A stretch of 47,921 nucleotides of DNA. It comes from a virus. Below, piece by piece: positions 1 to 6,280 of the stretch. Under the pieces are notes generated by a model. It had not been told where the DNA came from. It worked only from the letters and a program-made list of their open reading frames with translations, and did no database searches. Position 1 is the stretch's first letter. Each line of letters begins with the position of its first letter. The stretch lies in the IMG/VR virus record IMGVR_UViG_3300021082_000007; one strand, 5' to 3'. A program made the translations under genes and the position numbers.

Positions 1-127
1 TGCTATTTTTCCGTCATCGCGGCGGATATCGGCCAGCGCAGCCTGGGTGGATTCTATCGCGACGATGAGATTGGCGATCTGCGCATCGAGCAAGTCGGCC
101 GGGACCGCGCCACGCGGGCGTTCGGAA
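1..127. repeat. Left copy of exact 127-bp terminal duplication (= 47795..47921); circular-closure overlap
   Basis: tgctatttttccgtcatcgc...cacgcgggcgttcggaa occurs identically at both window ends; unique genome length is 47,794 bp. Confidence 0.95.
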
Positions 128-165
128 AACAAGATCTGCTGTTTCGGTCGAACAATGGCCGCCAT
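1..165 (-). CDS. 5' end of the tail-fibre-like gene 46547..47921, continued across the circular junction (partial in this window)
   Basis: The frame of ORF 46547..47887 stays open through 47888..47921 (=94..127) and on to an ATG at 165..163 (MAAIVRPKQQILFSERPRGAVPAD-LLDAQIANL...). The track start at 47887 is a TTG with no RBS. Confidence 0.5.
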   Translation of the reverse strand, partial: MAAIVRPKQQILFSERPRGAVPADLLDAQIANLIVAIESTQAALADIRRDDGKIA

Positions 166-206
166 AGCGAGTTTCCGATAGCATAAGCCAAATGAAAGGA
201 TAGCAC

Positions 207-764
207 ATGATGGTATCGGCGGAAGCCCTCGCCGCGCTGCACGCGCTGGAAGAGGGCGCGCACTACAATACGCTGCACTCGGTCGCGCGCGAGCTGATGG
301 AGGCCGGCTACGCCTTCGATTCCTGGGGTGAACTTGGCATGACCGAAGCCGGTCGGATCTATTTGCGGCGCGGTCACCGGCGCAACATTCCAATCAGCAG
401 CGATGACGAGCACGTCTACGACATGAGCGTGCACATGATGCAGGTGCCGAAGGTGCCGATCGATCGCAGGCCGAGTAAATTCTGGAAGAACAGCGCGCCG
501 CATCATGTCGACCGCGGCGACTACGATCCGACAGTCGCGCTCGACACCACCGCGGTTGCAACAAGGCCGCTTGAGTTGATCGATGAAGCGCCGGCGCAGC
601 CGTTGCCGGCGGCGGAATCGCAGTTGCAGAAAATGCTGCGCGCGGCCGGCGTGGCGTCGGGCAAGACAGGCGTGTGGGTGAAGGATGAATGGGTGGAAGA
701 GTTTTTTAATGCGCTGGACGGGGTATTTTCCGCGCCGGAAAAGGATAAAGGAAATACCCTGTAG
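207..764 (+). CDS. Hypothetical early protein (185 aa)
   Basis: ATGATG start preceded by aaagga; long ORF with no recognisable motif; first gene of the rightward block. Confidence 0.7.
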   Translation: MMVSAEALAALHALEEGAHYNTLHSVARELMEAGYAFDSWGELGMTEAGRIYLRRGHRRNIPISSDDEHVYDMSVHMMQVPKVPIDRRPSKFWKNSAPHHVDRGDYDPTVALDTTAVATRPLELIDEAPAQPLPAAESQLQKMLRAAGVASGKTGVWVKDEWVEEFFNALDGVFSAPEKDKGNTL

Positions 765-803
765 CGGGTATGGTAATTGTTAGCGACGTTTCGTCGGCGT
801 GAT

Positions 804-874
804 TACCATGCTTCAAAGCAAATACCATGCTTCAAAGCAAATACCATGCTTCAAAGCAAATACCATGCTTCAAA
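804..874. repeat. 19-bp tandem repeat TACCATGCTTCAAAGCAAA x3.7
   Basis: Three perfect units at 804-822, 823-841 and 842-860, plus a partial unit at 861-874. Each unit carries a small inverted repeat GCTTcaAAGC. It lies in a 387-bp gap between convergent genes. Confidence 0.95.
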
Positions 875-1151
875 TCCGCGGAAATTTGCCACGCAGCATT
901 GCGGACCCGGCCGCTCGGACAACGCGGCCCCGCCAGGGGGCGGTTCGGGCCAAGCCCTTGATTTGATTGGCGTTTTCGGTGCTCGATCGATTGCGAGTCG
1001 TTCGCAGCGTGCATGCCGTGGTTTGCGATTCCCGTTTTGCATGCCAATGCATTGATATCATTGCGCTTTGTGCCTGGGTTGCCGATCGGCAACGCCTACC
1101 ATCTGTTTGGTTAACAGATAGTCCGGCCAACAATATCAATGGGTTAGGTCA

Positions 1152-1454
1152 CTAAACCTGCCGATTGGGATGCAACTGGGATATGGCCTGATCGAGCTCG
1201 GCCGCGGTCATGTCGGCGCCGCGGCGCTTTGCTGTTGCGCTTTCATCGGCAAAGTATTGCATCAAGGTGCGGCCGGCGCTTGCTTTCGCGGCCGCGCTAG
1301 CCGAGCTATCGCTTAAAATCCCCAACAATGCGTCGCGAACAATGCCTCTTAATGAGCTATTAGCCGCTATTGTCGGCGCCGAGCTCTGCGCCGATTCGCT
1401 TGAATCTATCCCGGGCGCCTTTGTTGCTTCTATTAGTCGGCGTGCTTGTGGCAT
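1152..1454 (-). CDS. Hypothetical protein (100 aa, Ala/Ser-rich); start uncertain
   Basis: ORF overlaps the 3' end of ORF 1360..1689 by 95 nt in another frame; no domain recognised. Confidence 0.4.
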   Translation of the reverse strand: MPQARRLIEATKAPGIDSSESAQSSAPTIAANSSLRGIVRDALLGILSDSSASAAAKASAGRTLMQYFADESATAKRRGADMTAAELDQAISQLHPNRQV

Positions 1455-1626
1455 TGCGCTTTGCTTCCCTTATGCGATTTGCGCCTTGCATCATGCGACC
1501 GCCATGGCTCTGACAGCAAGGCACGCCGACTAACGCAAGCATACCGCATTGGCGCCCGCTAGATCGCGCAATGGCAATGCATCGGCGCCTATTGGCATAA
1601 TTGGGCTTTATGCGAGCTCGGCGCAT
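1360..1626 (-). CDS. HGGxSTG-like zinc-ribbon domain protein
   Basis: RRRCIAIARSSGRQCGMLALVGVPCCQSHGG matches the Cys...Cys...C.HGG signature of HGGxSTG-domain phage/bacterial proteins. The track start 1689 is a TTG; the ATG at 1626 is preceded by ggaaag. Confidence 0.55.
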   Translation of the reverse strand: MRRARIKPNYANRRRCIAIARSSGRQCGMLALVGVPCCQSHGGRMMQGANRIREAKRNATSTPTNRSNKGARDRFKRIGAELGADNSG

Positions 1627-1694
1627 GGCCGCTTTCCATGCCGCATTGCCGCTTTGCGGCCGCGGTTTATTTCTCAGATTATCTGACAAAACCG

Positions 1695-1724
1695 TTGACT
1701 CCTATCCCGATAGGGACAATATAA
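1695..1724 (+). promoter_or_regulatory. Sigma70-like promoter with an operator-like inverted repeat in the spacer
   Basis: TTGACT (1695-1700), a 17-19 nt spacer, then AATATA/TATAAG (1718-1725). The spacer holds CCTATC-cc-GATAGG. It sits 35 bp upstream of the ATG at 1759. Confidence 0.4.
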
Positions 1725-1758
1725 GCGCCGTTGAACCATAACAGGAAAGAGCTCGCCC

Positions 1759-1989
1759 ATGTACCACATCTATTGCGACACAATCGAAGCGGACGTTATC
1801 ACGCCGGATTTTAATCACGCGGCGCGGACGTTTCGGCGCCTAATCCGCGATAATCCCGCGGACGTTGTCACATGCGACCGAATCGAGAATCTCGGCGCGG
1901 CCGATACCGCGGACGATATCCTTTCGGGAAACTTCGACGGGCGCCGCGTCCGCGTGATGCACTGTGACCCGGCCCTATACGGCTATTGA
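1759..1989 (+). CDS. Hypothetical protein (76 aa)
   Basis: ATG preceded by aggaaag; its TGA stop lies inside hairpin element copy 1. Confidence 0.65.
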   Translation: MYHIYCDTIEADVITPDFNHAARTFRRLIRDNPADVVTCDRIENLGAADTADDILSGNFDGRRVRVMHCDPALYGY

Positions 1990-2049
1990 TTGCAGTGCAT
2001 GCGGCGCCGAGCTCGGCGCCGCATGAGCGGCAATCACGCCGACAACAGA
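1986..2049 (+). repeat. Hairpin element copy 1 (conserved flanks, 28-bp perfect palindrome core)
   Basis: TTGATTGCAGTG-[CATGCGGCGCCGAGCTCGGCGCCGCATG]-AGCGGCAATCACGCCGACAACAGA. GATTGC and GCAATC can extend the stem across a 4x4 internal loop. Confidence 0.9.
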
Positions 2050-2069
2050 ACATGACAGGAATCAGAACA

Positions 2070-2906
2070 ATGCGCGTTAAGCTTCAATTCAAGGCTATGT
2101 TTTCTATTGATAGCCCAAAGGCAATCAAAGCGGCCAAATTCAACTATCTAAACGCTATCAACTATATGGCGCCGCACAAATCAGGCGATGGCGTCACTAA
2201 TCTGTGCTCGCATGCATCGCCCGCGTGCATATTGCTTTGCCTTGGTCGCGAAAGCGGACAAGCGGCCATGGTATCACACGCGACCGGAACCAATAAGGTG
2301 CGGCAATCCCGCGAACGCAAAGCACGCTATTTCATGACAGAACGCAACGCCTATTGCGTTGAGTTCCTAGTCCATGTTGCGCGTTCTATCCGCAAAGCAA
2401 AACGCAAGCGTATGGCGCTAGCGGTCCGCCCTAATGGCGCAACGGATATTGCATATGAGGGAATCCGTATCTTTGTATCGCCCGAGCTCGCCGCGTATCT
2501 GTCACAGATATCAGGCGAACAAATCACGCCAGGATTGCACACAATCTTTTCCGCTTTCCCCATGGTGCAATATGTCGATTACACAAAGAATCATCTTAGG
2601 TTTAATCGCCAATTGCCCGCTAACTATTCGCTGACATTTAGCCGCTCGGAAAACAATGAAGCGCAAGCTTTAGACTTGCTCGCCCGCGGTCATAATGTTG
2701 CGGTCATATTCGCGGGCGCCATGCCGCTGATGTGGAATGGATTCCATGTTATCGATGGCGACCAGCACGATTTGCGGCACCTTGATCCGCATGGCGTCGT
2801 TATTGGCTTGTCGCCAAAAGGCAACAAGGCGAAACGCGAGGGAGTCGCGTTGGGCTTTGTTGTCCCGCCGATCGCGGCGCCCGTTGAATATCAATTAGCG
2901 GCATGA
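2070..2906 (+). CDS. GP88-family-like protein (mycobacteriophage Gp88 type), function unknown
   Basis: NLCSHASPACILLCLGRESGQ ... VRQSRERKARYF ... LAVRPNGATDIAYE fits the Cys cluster and RLN.tSD pattern of Gp88-like proteins. The track start 1986 is a TTG inside the hairpin. ATG 2070 (agga 9 nt upstream) or ATG 2052 is more likely. Confidence 0.6.
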   Translation: MRVKLQFKAMFSIDSPKAIKAAKFNYLNAINYMAPHKSGDGVTNLCSHASPACILLCLGRESGQAAMVSHATGTNKVRQSRERKARYFMTERNAYCVEFLVHVARSIRKAKRKRMALAVRPNGATDIAYEGIRIFVSPELAAYLSQISGEQITPGLHTIFSAFPMVQYVDYTKNHLRFNRQLPANYSLTFSRSENNEAQALDLLARGHNVAVIFAGAMPLMWNGFHVIDGDQHDLRHLDPHGVVIGLSPKGNKAKREGVALGFVVPPIAAPVEYQLAA

Positions 2907-3010
2907 TCATGCTCAATATCAGCACACGCCGAATAGGCGGAATCCGCTTTATCAAAATCGGCCGCTTTTGCTTTAGCTTTTGCCTAACGCGAGCATACCG
3001 GCCGCTTTGA
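2903..3010 (+). CDS. Possible 35-aa ORF (MIMLNISTRRIGGIRFIKIGRFCFSFCLTRAYRPL)
   Basis: ATGA overlap with the upstream stop. Its TGA stop is the same TTGATTGC position of hairpin copy 2 that terminates gene 1759..1989 in copy 1. Below the track size cut-off. Confidence 0.25.
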   Translation: MIMLNISTRRIGGIRFIKIGRFCFSFCLTRAYRPL

Positions 3011-3068
3011 TTGCAGTGCATGCCGCGGGCGCGCCCGCGGCATGAGCGGCAATCACGCCGACAACAGA
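3007..3068 (+). repeat. Hairpin element copy 2 (same flanks, different 26-bp perfect palindrome core)
   Basis: TTGATTGCAGTG-[CATGCCGCGGGCGCGCCCGCGGCATG]-AGCGGCAATCACGCCGACAACAGA; ends 12 nt before the ATG at 3081. Confidence 0.9.
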
Positions 3069-3080
3069 GGCTAAAACAAA

Positions 3081-3380
3081 ATGGCATTATCAGAACAAGC
3101 TAAGCTTGCGTTAACCGGCGCCTATGCCACGCGAGGAAAAAACCGCGGGCAATTGCTCGCCCGTTGCCCGCGTAGTGAAACGCTAGCCGCGGCCGCGTGG
3201 CAAGGCGCCATGCTATCGTGCAATCCCTATCTGGCCAGCATTGGCGCATGCTTGTTTATGACCGCAGAGCAAAGGCTAATCCGTGATGAGGTATTGGCGC
3301 ACTTCGACGCCATGCCGCGGGAATATCGCATTATGGCGCAACGTGACCGCGAGGCATTGGAACGCCTAGGCGTATGGTGA
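3081..3380 (+). CDS. Hypothetical protein (99 aa)
   Basis: ATG with gagg upstream; followed by an intrinsic terminator. Confidence 0.7.
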   Translation: MALSEQAKLALTGAYATRGKNRGQLLARCPRSETLAAAAWQGAMLSCNPYLASIGACLFMTAEQRLIRDEVLAHFDAMPREYRIMAQRDREALERLGVW

Positions 3381-3395
3381 CAACCCCAACTATAG

Positions 3396-3427
3396 GCGCC
3401 CGCGGGACTAGTCCCGCGGGCGCTTTT
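3396..3427 (+). terminator. Rho-independent terminator
   Basis: gcgcccgcgggac-ta-gtcccgcgggcgc (13-bp GC arms) followed by tttt, 16 nt after the stop at 3380. Confidence 0.7.
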
Positions 3428-3431
3428 GCGC

Positions 3432-3700
3432 GTGCTGGACCGCGGCCGCGTGCTGGACCGTGTGCGGCCGCTCGCCCGCGTGCTGGACCGTGTGCGCGTG
3501 CTGGACCGCGGCCGCGTGCTGGACCGTGTGCGGCCGCTCGCCCGCGTGCTGGACCGTGTGCGCGTGCTGGACCGCGGCCACGTGCTGGACCGTGTGCGGC
3601 CGCTCGCCCGCGTGCTGGACCGTGTGCGGCCGCTCGCCCGCGTGCTGGACCGTGTGCGGCCGCTCGCCCGCGTGCTGGACCGCGGCCGCGTGCTGGACCG
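3432..3700. repeat. Hierarchical tandem array: 12 copies of core GTGCTGGACCG in 18-bp and 30-bp units
   Basis: Unit A is gtgctggaccgcggccgc, unit B is gtgctggaccgtgtgcggccgctcgcccgc, unit C is gtgctggaccgtgtgcgc. The order is A-B-C-A-B-C-A'-B-B-B-A-core, so the 66-bp ABC block occurs twice. GCGGCCGC recurs in most units. All six frames are open only because of the repeat. Confidence 0.95.
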
Positions 3701-3720
3701 CACGCGGGCGCCCGCGTGCG
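3699..3720. repeat. 22-bp perfect GC palindrome closing the array
   Basis: cgcacgcgggcgcccgcgtgcg equals its own reverse complement and overlaps the last GTGCTGGACCG core. Confidence 0.85.
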
Positions 3721-3863
3721 CGTGGCATATACACCTAAACCGTTGATTTTGCTAGCTTTTCAGCAGGATCCGGCGCGCGCCGAGCTGAAATGCGGCAGAA
3801 ATGCGGCAACTTGCAACCCACGCAGGGGTAAATTATCCCTTCTCAACAAATATGAGGATCGCC

Positions 3864-4241
3864 ATGAACAAAACCTATAAACTCTCTATAGATCGAGCCA
3901 TTGCCAGCCATAACCGTCATTCCGAAACGCCGATCGATACGATCGAGGCCAGGCAAATTCACCGGCTATTATCCGGCCGGCACAATTCCAGCCCAAGCCC
4001 GGAAACGCCCATGGAAAATCCCGCAGAGGGGCCAGGGGTCGATTCCATGACCAAGGAACGCTTCATCGCCGGCCTGGCCAGGCTCGGCTACAACATCAGC
4101 ACCGCGCATCGCTTGCTCGGCATGGGCCGGTCAACCATCTATCGCATGGCCGACGGCACCTCAGAAGTGCCAAGCGTGATCATGCGCCTGATGGACATGT
4201 ACGAGCGGTTCGGGATCCCGAACGAGCACCGCGGCGACTAG
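3864..4241 (+). CDS. Helix-turn-helix DNA-binding protein
   Basis: C-terminal NISTAHRLLGMGRSTIYRMADGTSEVP is a classic HTH. ATG 3864 is preceded by agga (5-nt spacer). The track start 3801 is less likely. Confidence 0.6.
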   Translation: MNKTYKLSIDRAIASHNRHSETPIDTIEARQIHRLLSGRHNSSPSPETPMENPAEGPGVDSMTKERFIAGLARLGYNISTAHRLLGMGRSTIYRMADGTSEVPSVIMRLMDMYERFGIPNEHRGD

Positions 4242-4443
4242 ACCGCCGCAGCACCAGGTCGTACTGCACTGGCTCAGTCGGCGTGGGCGGTATTGGCTCA
4301 GGTTCCCAGGAATGCCGGATAGCCTGGTGGTCCGGTGTCCTAAAATCTGCGTAAGCACTGAACCCAGTTAACTGGCAGTACTCGCGGTGGCAGCACGTAC
4401 ATAAAACAACCCAAGTGGTCAAAACCGCCTCCATAAAGCAGCA

Positions 4444-4479
4444 ACCCGAGATCACATCCTGGCCGGGGTGATCTCGGGT
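4444..4479. other. 12-bp-stem hairpin in a non-coding gap
   Basis: acccgagatcac - 12-nt loop - gtgatctcgggt; no U-tract on either strand. Confidence 0.5.
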
Positions 4480-4596
4480 GCGCCTCGGCTCCGATCGCGT
4501 GCGCGAGCGAAGCTATGAAAAACGGAACCCGGCCAGGGCAACAACACCAGAGCACGCCGGCCGGGCGGGAGCAAGCCGCGCAGCCGAAATGCCGCG

Positions 4597-4764
4597 CAAA
4601 TCCCAAACCCGGAAAAGCGGAGGAATCCATACACATATAACATACATGTTTTTATATATACTGGTTAAAGGCATATATTGGGATTGTTGGGATTGGGTTT
4701 AGATAACTTATTGGTTTCATTACACTTTTATCCAAATCCCAAACAAATCCCAAACCGATCCCAG
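4597..4764. other. Candidate replication origin: AT-rich core flanked by TTGGGATT iterons
   Basis: About 4627-4735 is far more AT-rich than the rest of the genome (catacacatataacatacatgtttttatatatactgg...). TTGGGATTG occurs twice in tandem at 4678-4695. The complement AATCCCAA occurs at about 4599, 4735 and 4746, plus gatccca at about 4757. TTATCCAAA, one mismatch from the DnaA box TTATCCACA, is at about 4727. The region sits in a 562-bp gap between convergent genes. Confidence 0.35.
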
Positions 4765-4803
4765 TTCCAGATTAATCACCCTTTGTTCTCCTCCCGGCCG
4801 GCG

Positions 4804-6279
4804 CTAGTCGTCATCTGTAGTCCCAGAAACCCCAAATCCCGCTCGCTTCATCGCCGCCGCCATGTCTTTGGGATTGCCCGGTTCACCCGTTTCGAGCTGT
4901 TTTGCCGTAGCCTTGACCATCTCCGCGGCGCCCTCCTTGTTCCGTATCTTCGGCCCGGCATAGCCGATCCAGCAGTAAACCCGCTGCCGCGGCTGGCCCC
5001 CGACATCGACCCGAAGTTCGACCTCGCTCGGCGCCTCGGTAGTCACTCGCCGGATCTGGCTGCGGACCATACTGGCGAGATTGACGCCATCGCCACCATC
5101 CATGCGCGCCAATACGGCCGTCTGGATCTGCGGCCGGGTGAACAATCCACCACTGCCGACAATGCGCCGCACATCGGCGACCGCGTCATCGAACTCGCTG
5201 CGGCTCATCGCCTGCATCCGCGACTTGGTCGCAGTCTTCAGCGGCGCGTAGGGGTTGAACCCGGTGAGATCGCTGGATTCCAGCCACCGCCCCAGCTCGG
5301 CGATATTGGCCGGCTCTTCCATCCACTCATCCAGCGCCTGGGCCATCTCCGGCGTCATCTGCACGCCGTTGGCGATCGCGGTCACCCGTCGATCGTTGTC
5401 CGGGATCTGCAACGGATCAAAGTTGTTGGAGAAAATCAGGTAGCTGGTGAACGCGATCGCCTCAAATGCCTGCCGGTTCTTCATCGTAAAGGTGCGCAAT
5501 ACCGGCCGCGGATCGACAATCTCCTTGACCCGTTCATAGACGGCACGCTGCGCGGCCCATTTCCCGCTTTCGAGCGTGTCCTTGGATTCCGACACCACCA
5601 CCAGCGTGGCGTAAGCCGCCCAATCGGTATAATCCGCCTGGCCGGACTTGCCGGCGAACAGGTCGAAGTCGATCGGCTTGACGTAGCGCGGCCCCATCAA
5701 GCGCGAGAGTATTTCCTTCAGCTTGCCGCGGCCGGCGCCATACACCGGGCCGTCGATACCGGCTGCCACCATGATCACGGCAACGCCCGGAATGTGCGGG
5801 TTTTGGTATTTGTACGCCAGCCAATCATAGAACCACTCGCGCTCGGTTTGATCGGGTATCAAATGCTCCATGAACTTGATCCACAGATCCACGCTGCCGC
5901 CCGTCGCAGTGTGCTGCGGCCGCCGGTAGGTGTTCTTGAACAACTGCCCGTCCTCCCAATAGCAGGGAAACGGCATGTCCGGTCGCAGCCGCACGCCGGC
6001 GATCTCGTACCGATCGGCGTGCAACATCCAGGCTGCGAATGCGTGCTTGCGCTTCACACCACCCTGCGGCCCGGTTTCCTCTATCCACCACGGCATGTAC
6101 AGCGTCTGAAACGCCTTCAGCACCATCGTGCAGTAGTGCGATGGCTCATACAGCATCACCACTCGATCGGCGCGCGCATCATAGCCGTGCGTGTTTAATA
6201 ACCAGTTGATCTTGATTTCAATCGGATCTGTATCGTCTGGCTTGTCCGGCATCGGCGCTATGTCAGATCGCTTATTCAT
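4804..6279 (-). CDS. SF3 (D5/P4-type) primase-associated helicase / NTPase
   Basis: Walker A-like GPVYGAGRGKLKE and Walker B-like ATLVVVSES; 491 aa; immediately downstream of the AEP prim-pol gene. Confidence 0.7.
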   Translation of the reverse strand: MNKRSDIAPMPDKPDDTDPIEIKINWLLNTHGYDARADRVVMLYEPSHYCTMVLKAFQTLYMPWWIEETGPQGGVKRKHAFAAWMLHADRYEIAGVRLRPDMPFPCYWEDGQLFKNTYRRPQHTATGGSVDLWIKFMEHLIPDQTEREWFYDWLAYKYQNPHIPGVAVIMVAAGIDGPVYGAGRGKLKEILSRLMGPRYVKPIDFDLFAGKSGQADYTDWAAYATLVVVSESKDTLESGKWAAQRAVYERVKEIVDPRPVLRTFTMKNRQAFEAIAFTSYLIFSNNFDPLQIPDNDRRVTAIANGVQMTPEMAQALDEWMEEPANIAELGRWLESSDLTGFNPYAPLKTATKSRMQAMSRSEFDDAVADVRRIVGSGGLFTRPQIQTAVLARMDGGDGVNLASMVRSQIRRVTTEAPSEVELRVDVGGQPRQRVYCWIGYAGPKIRNKEGAAEMVKATAKQLETGEPGNPKDMAAAMKRAGFGVSGTTDDD

Positions 6280-6280
6280 C

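Noticed and set aside
1-127. Genuine T7-like direct terminal repeat
   Set aside because: The repeat interrupts an open reading frame that continues across the junction, and its length equals a common assembler k-mer. This is more parsimoniously an assembly overlap of a circular or permuted genome. Reads are needed to be sure.
54-506. 150-aa minus-strand ORF (and 14..208 -) at the left end
   Set aside because: It is antisense to the better-supported gene 207..764 and is in the wrong frame relative to the junction-spanning gene, so it is an edge or antisense artefact.
1530-3001. 18-nt near-identical segment CTAACGC(A/G)AGCATACCG at 1530-1547 (inside the HGG gene, antisense) and 2984-3001 (just before hairpin copy 2). 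The minus-strand translation near 2984-3030 (ACTAIKAAGMLALGKS) echoes CIAIARSSGRQCGMLALVG
   Set aside because: It is probably a relic of a partial duplication or recombination. There is no intact ORF or start on the minus strand at the second site, so it is not called as a gene or pseudogene.
3432-3700. CRISPR array
   Set aside because: Units abut directly with no unique spacers, the between-core segments are themselves repeated, and there are no cas genes or leader. A repeat-mimic RNA remains only a speculative option, noted in the findings.
3227-3880. Long ORFs on both strands across the repeat array (e.g. 3227..3703 -, 3374..3880 +, 3408..3734 -, 3426..3746 +, 3460..3738 +) encoding RSSTR / RVLD / PRAG-type repeats
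   Set aside because: All six frames are open only because the 18/30-bp units lack stop codons. There is no RBS or ATG context, the ORFs overlap each other, and one runs through an intrinsic terminator.
765-4803. tRNA or other standard RNA genes in the two long non-coding gaps (765-1151, 4242-4803)
   Set aside because: I could not find a cloverleaf with a GTTCGAATC-like T-loop and matching acceptor stem by eye. Hairpins are present but none fits tRNA geometry. A proper tRNAscan/Infernal run is still advisable.
4678-6198. Very long antisense ORFs opposite real genes (4678..6198 +, 7734..8429 -, 10065..10976 -, 13257..13907 -, 18617..20536 +, 24860..25678 +, 31772..32839 +, 40135..40941 +, 46571..47587 + and many shorter ones)
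   Set aside because: These are typical shadow ORFs of a high-GC genome. They are Arg/Gly/His-rich, lack motifs or RBS, and each lies opposite a gene with clear domains or synteny.
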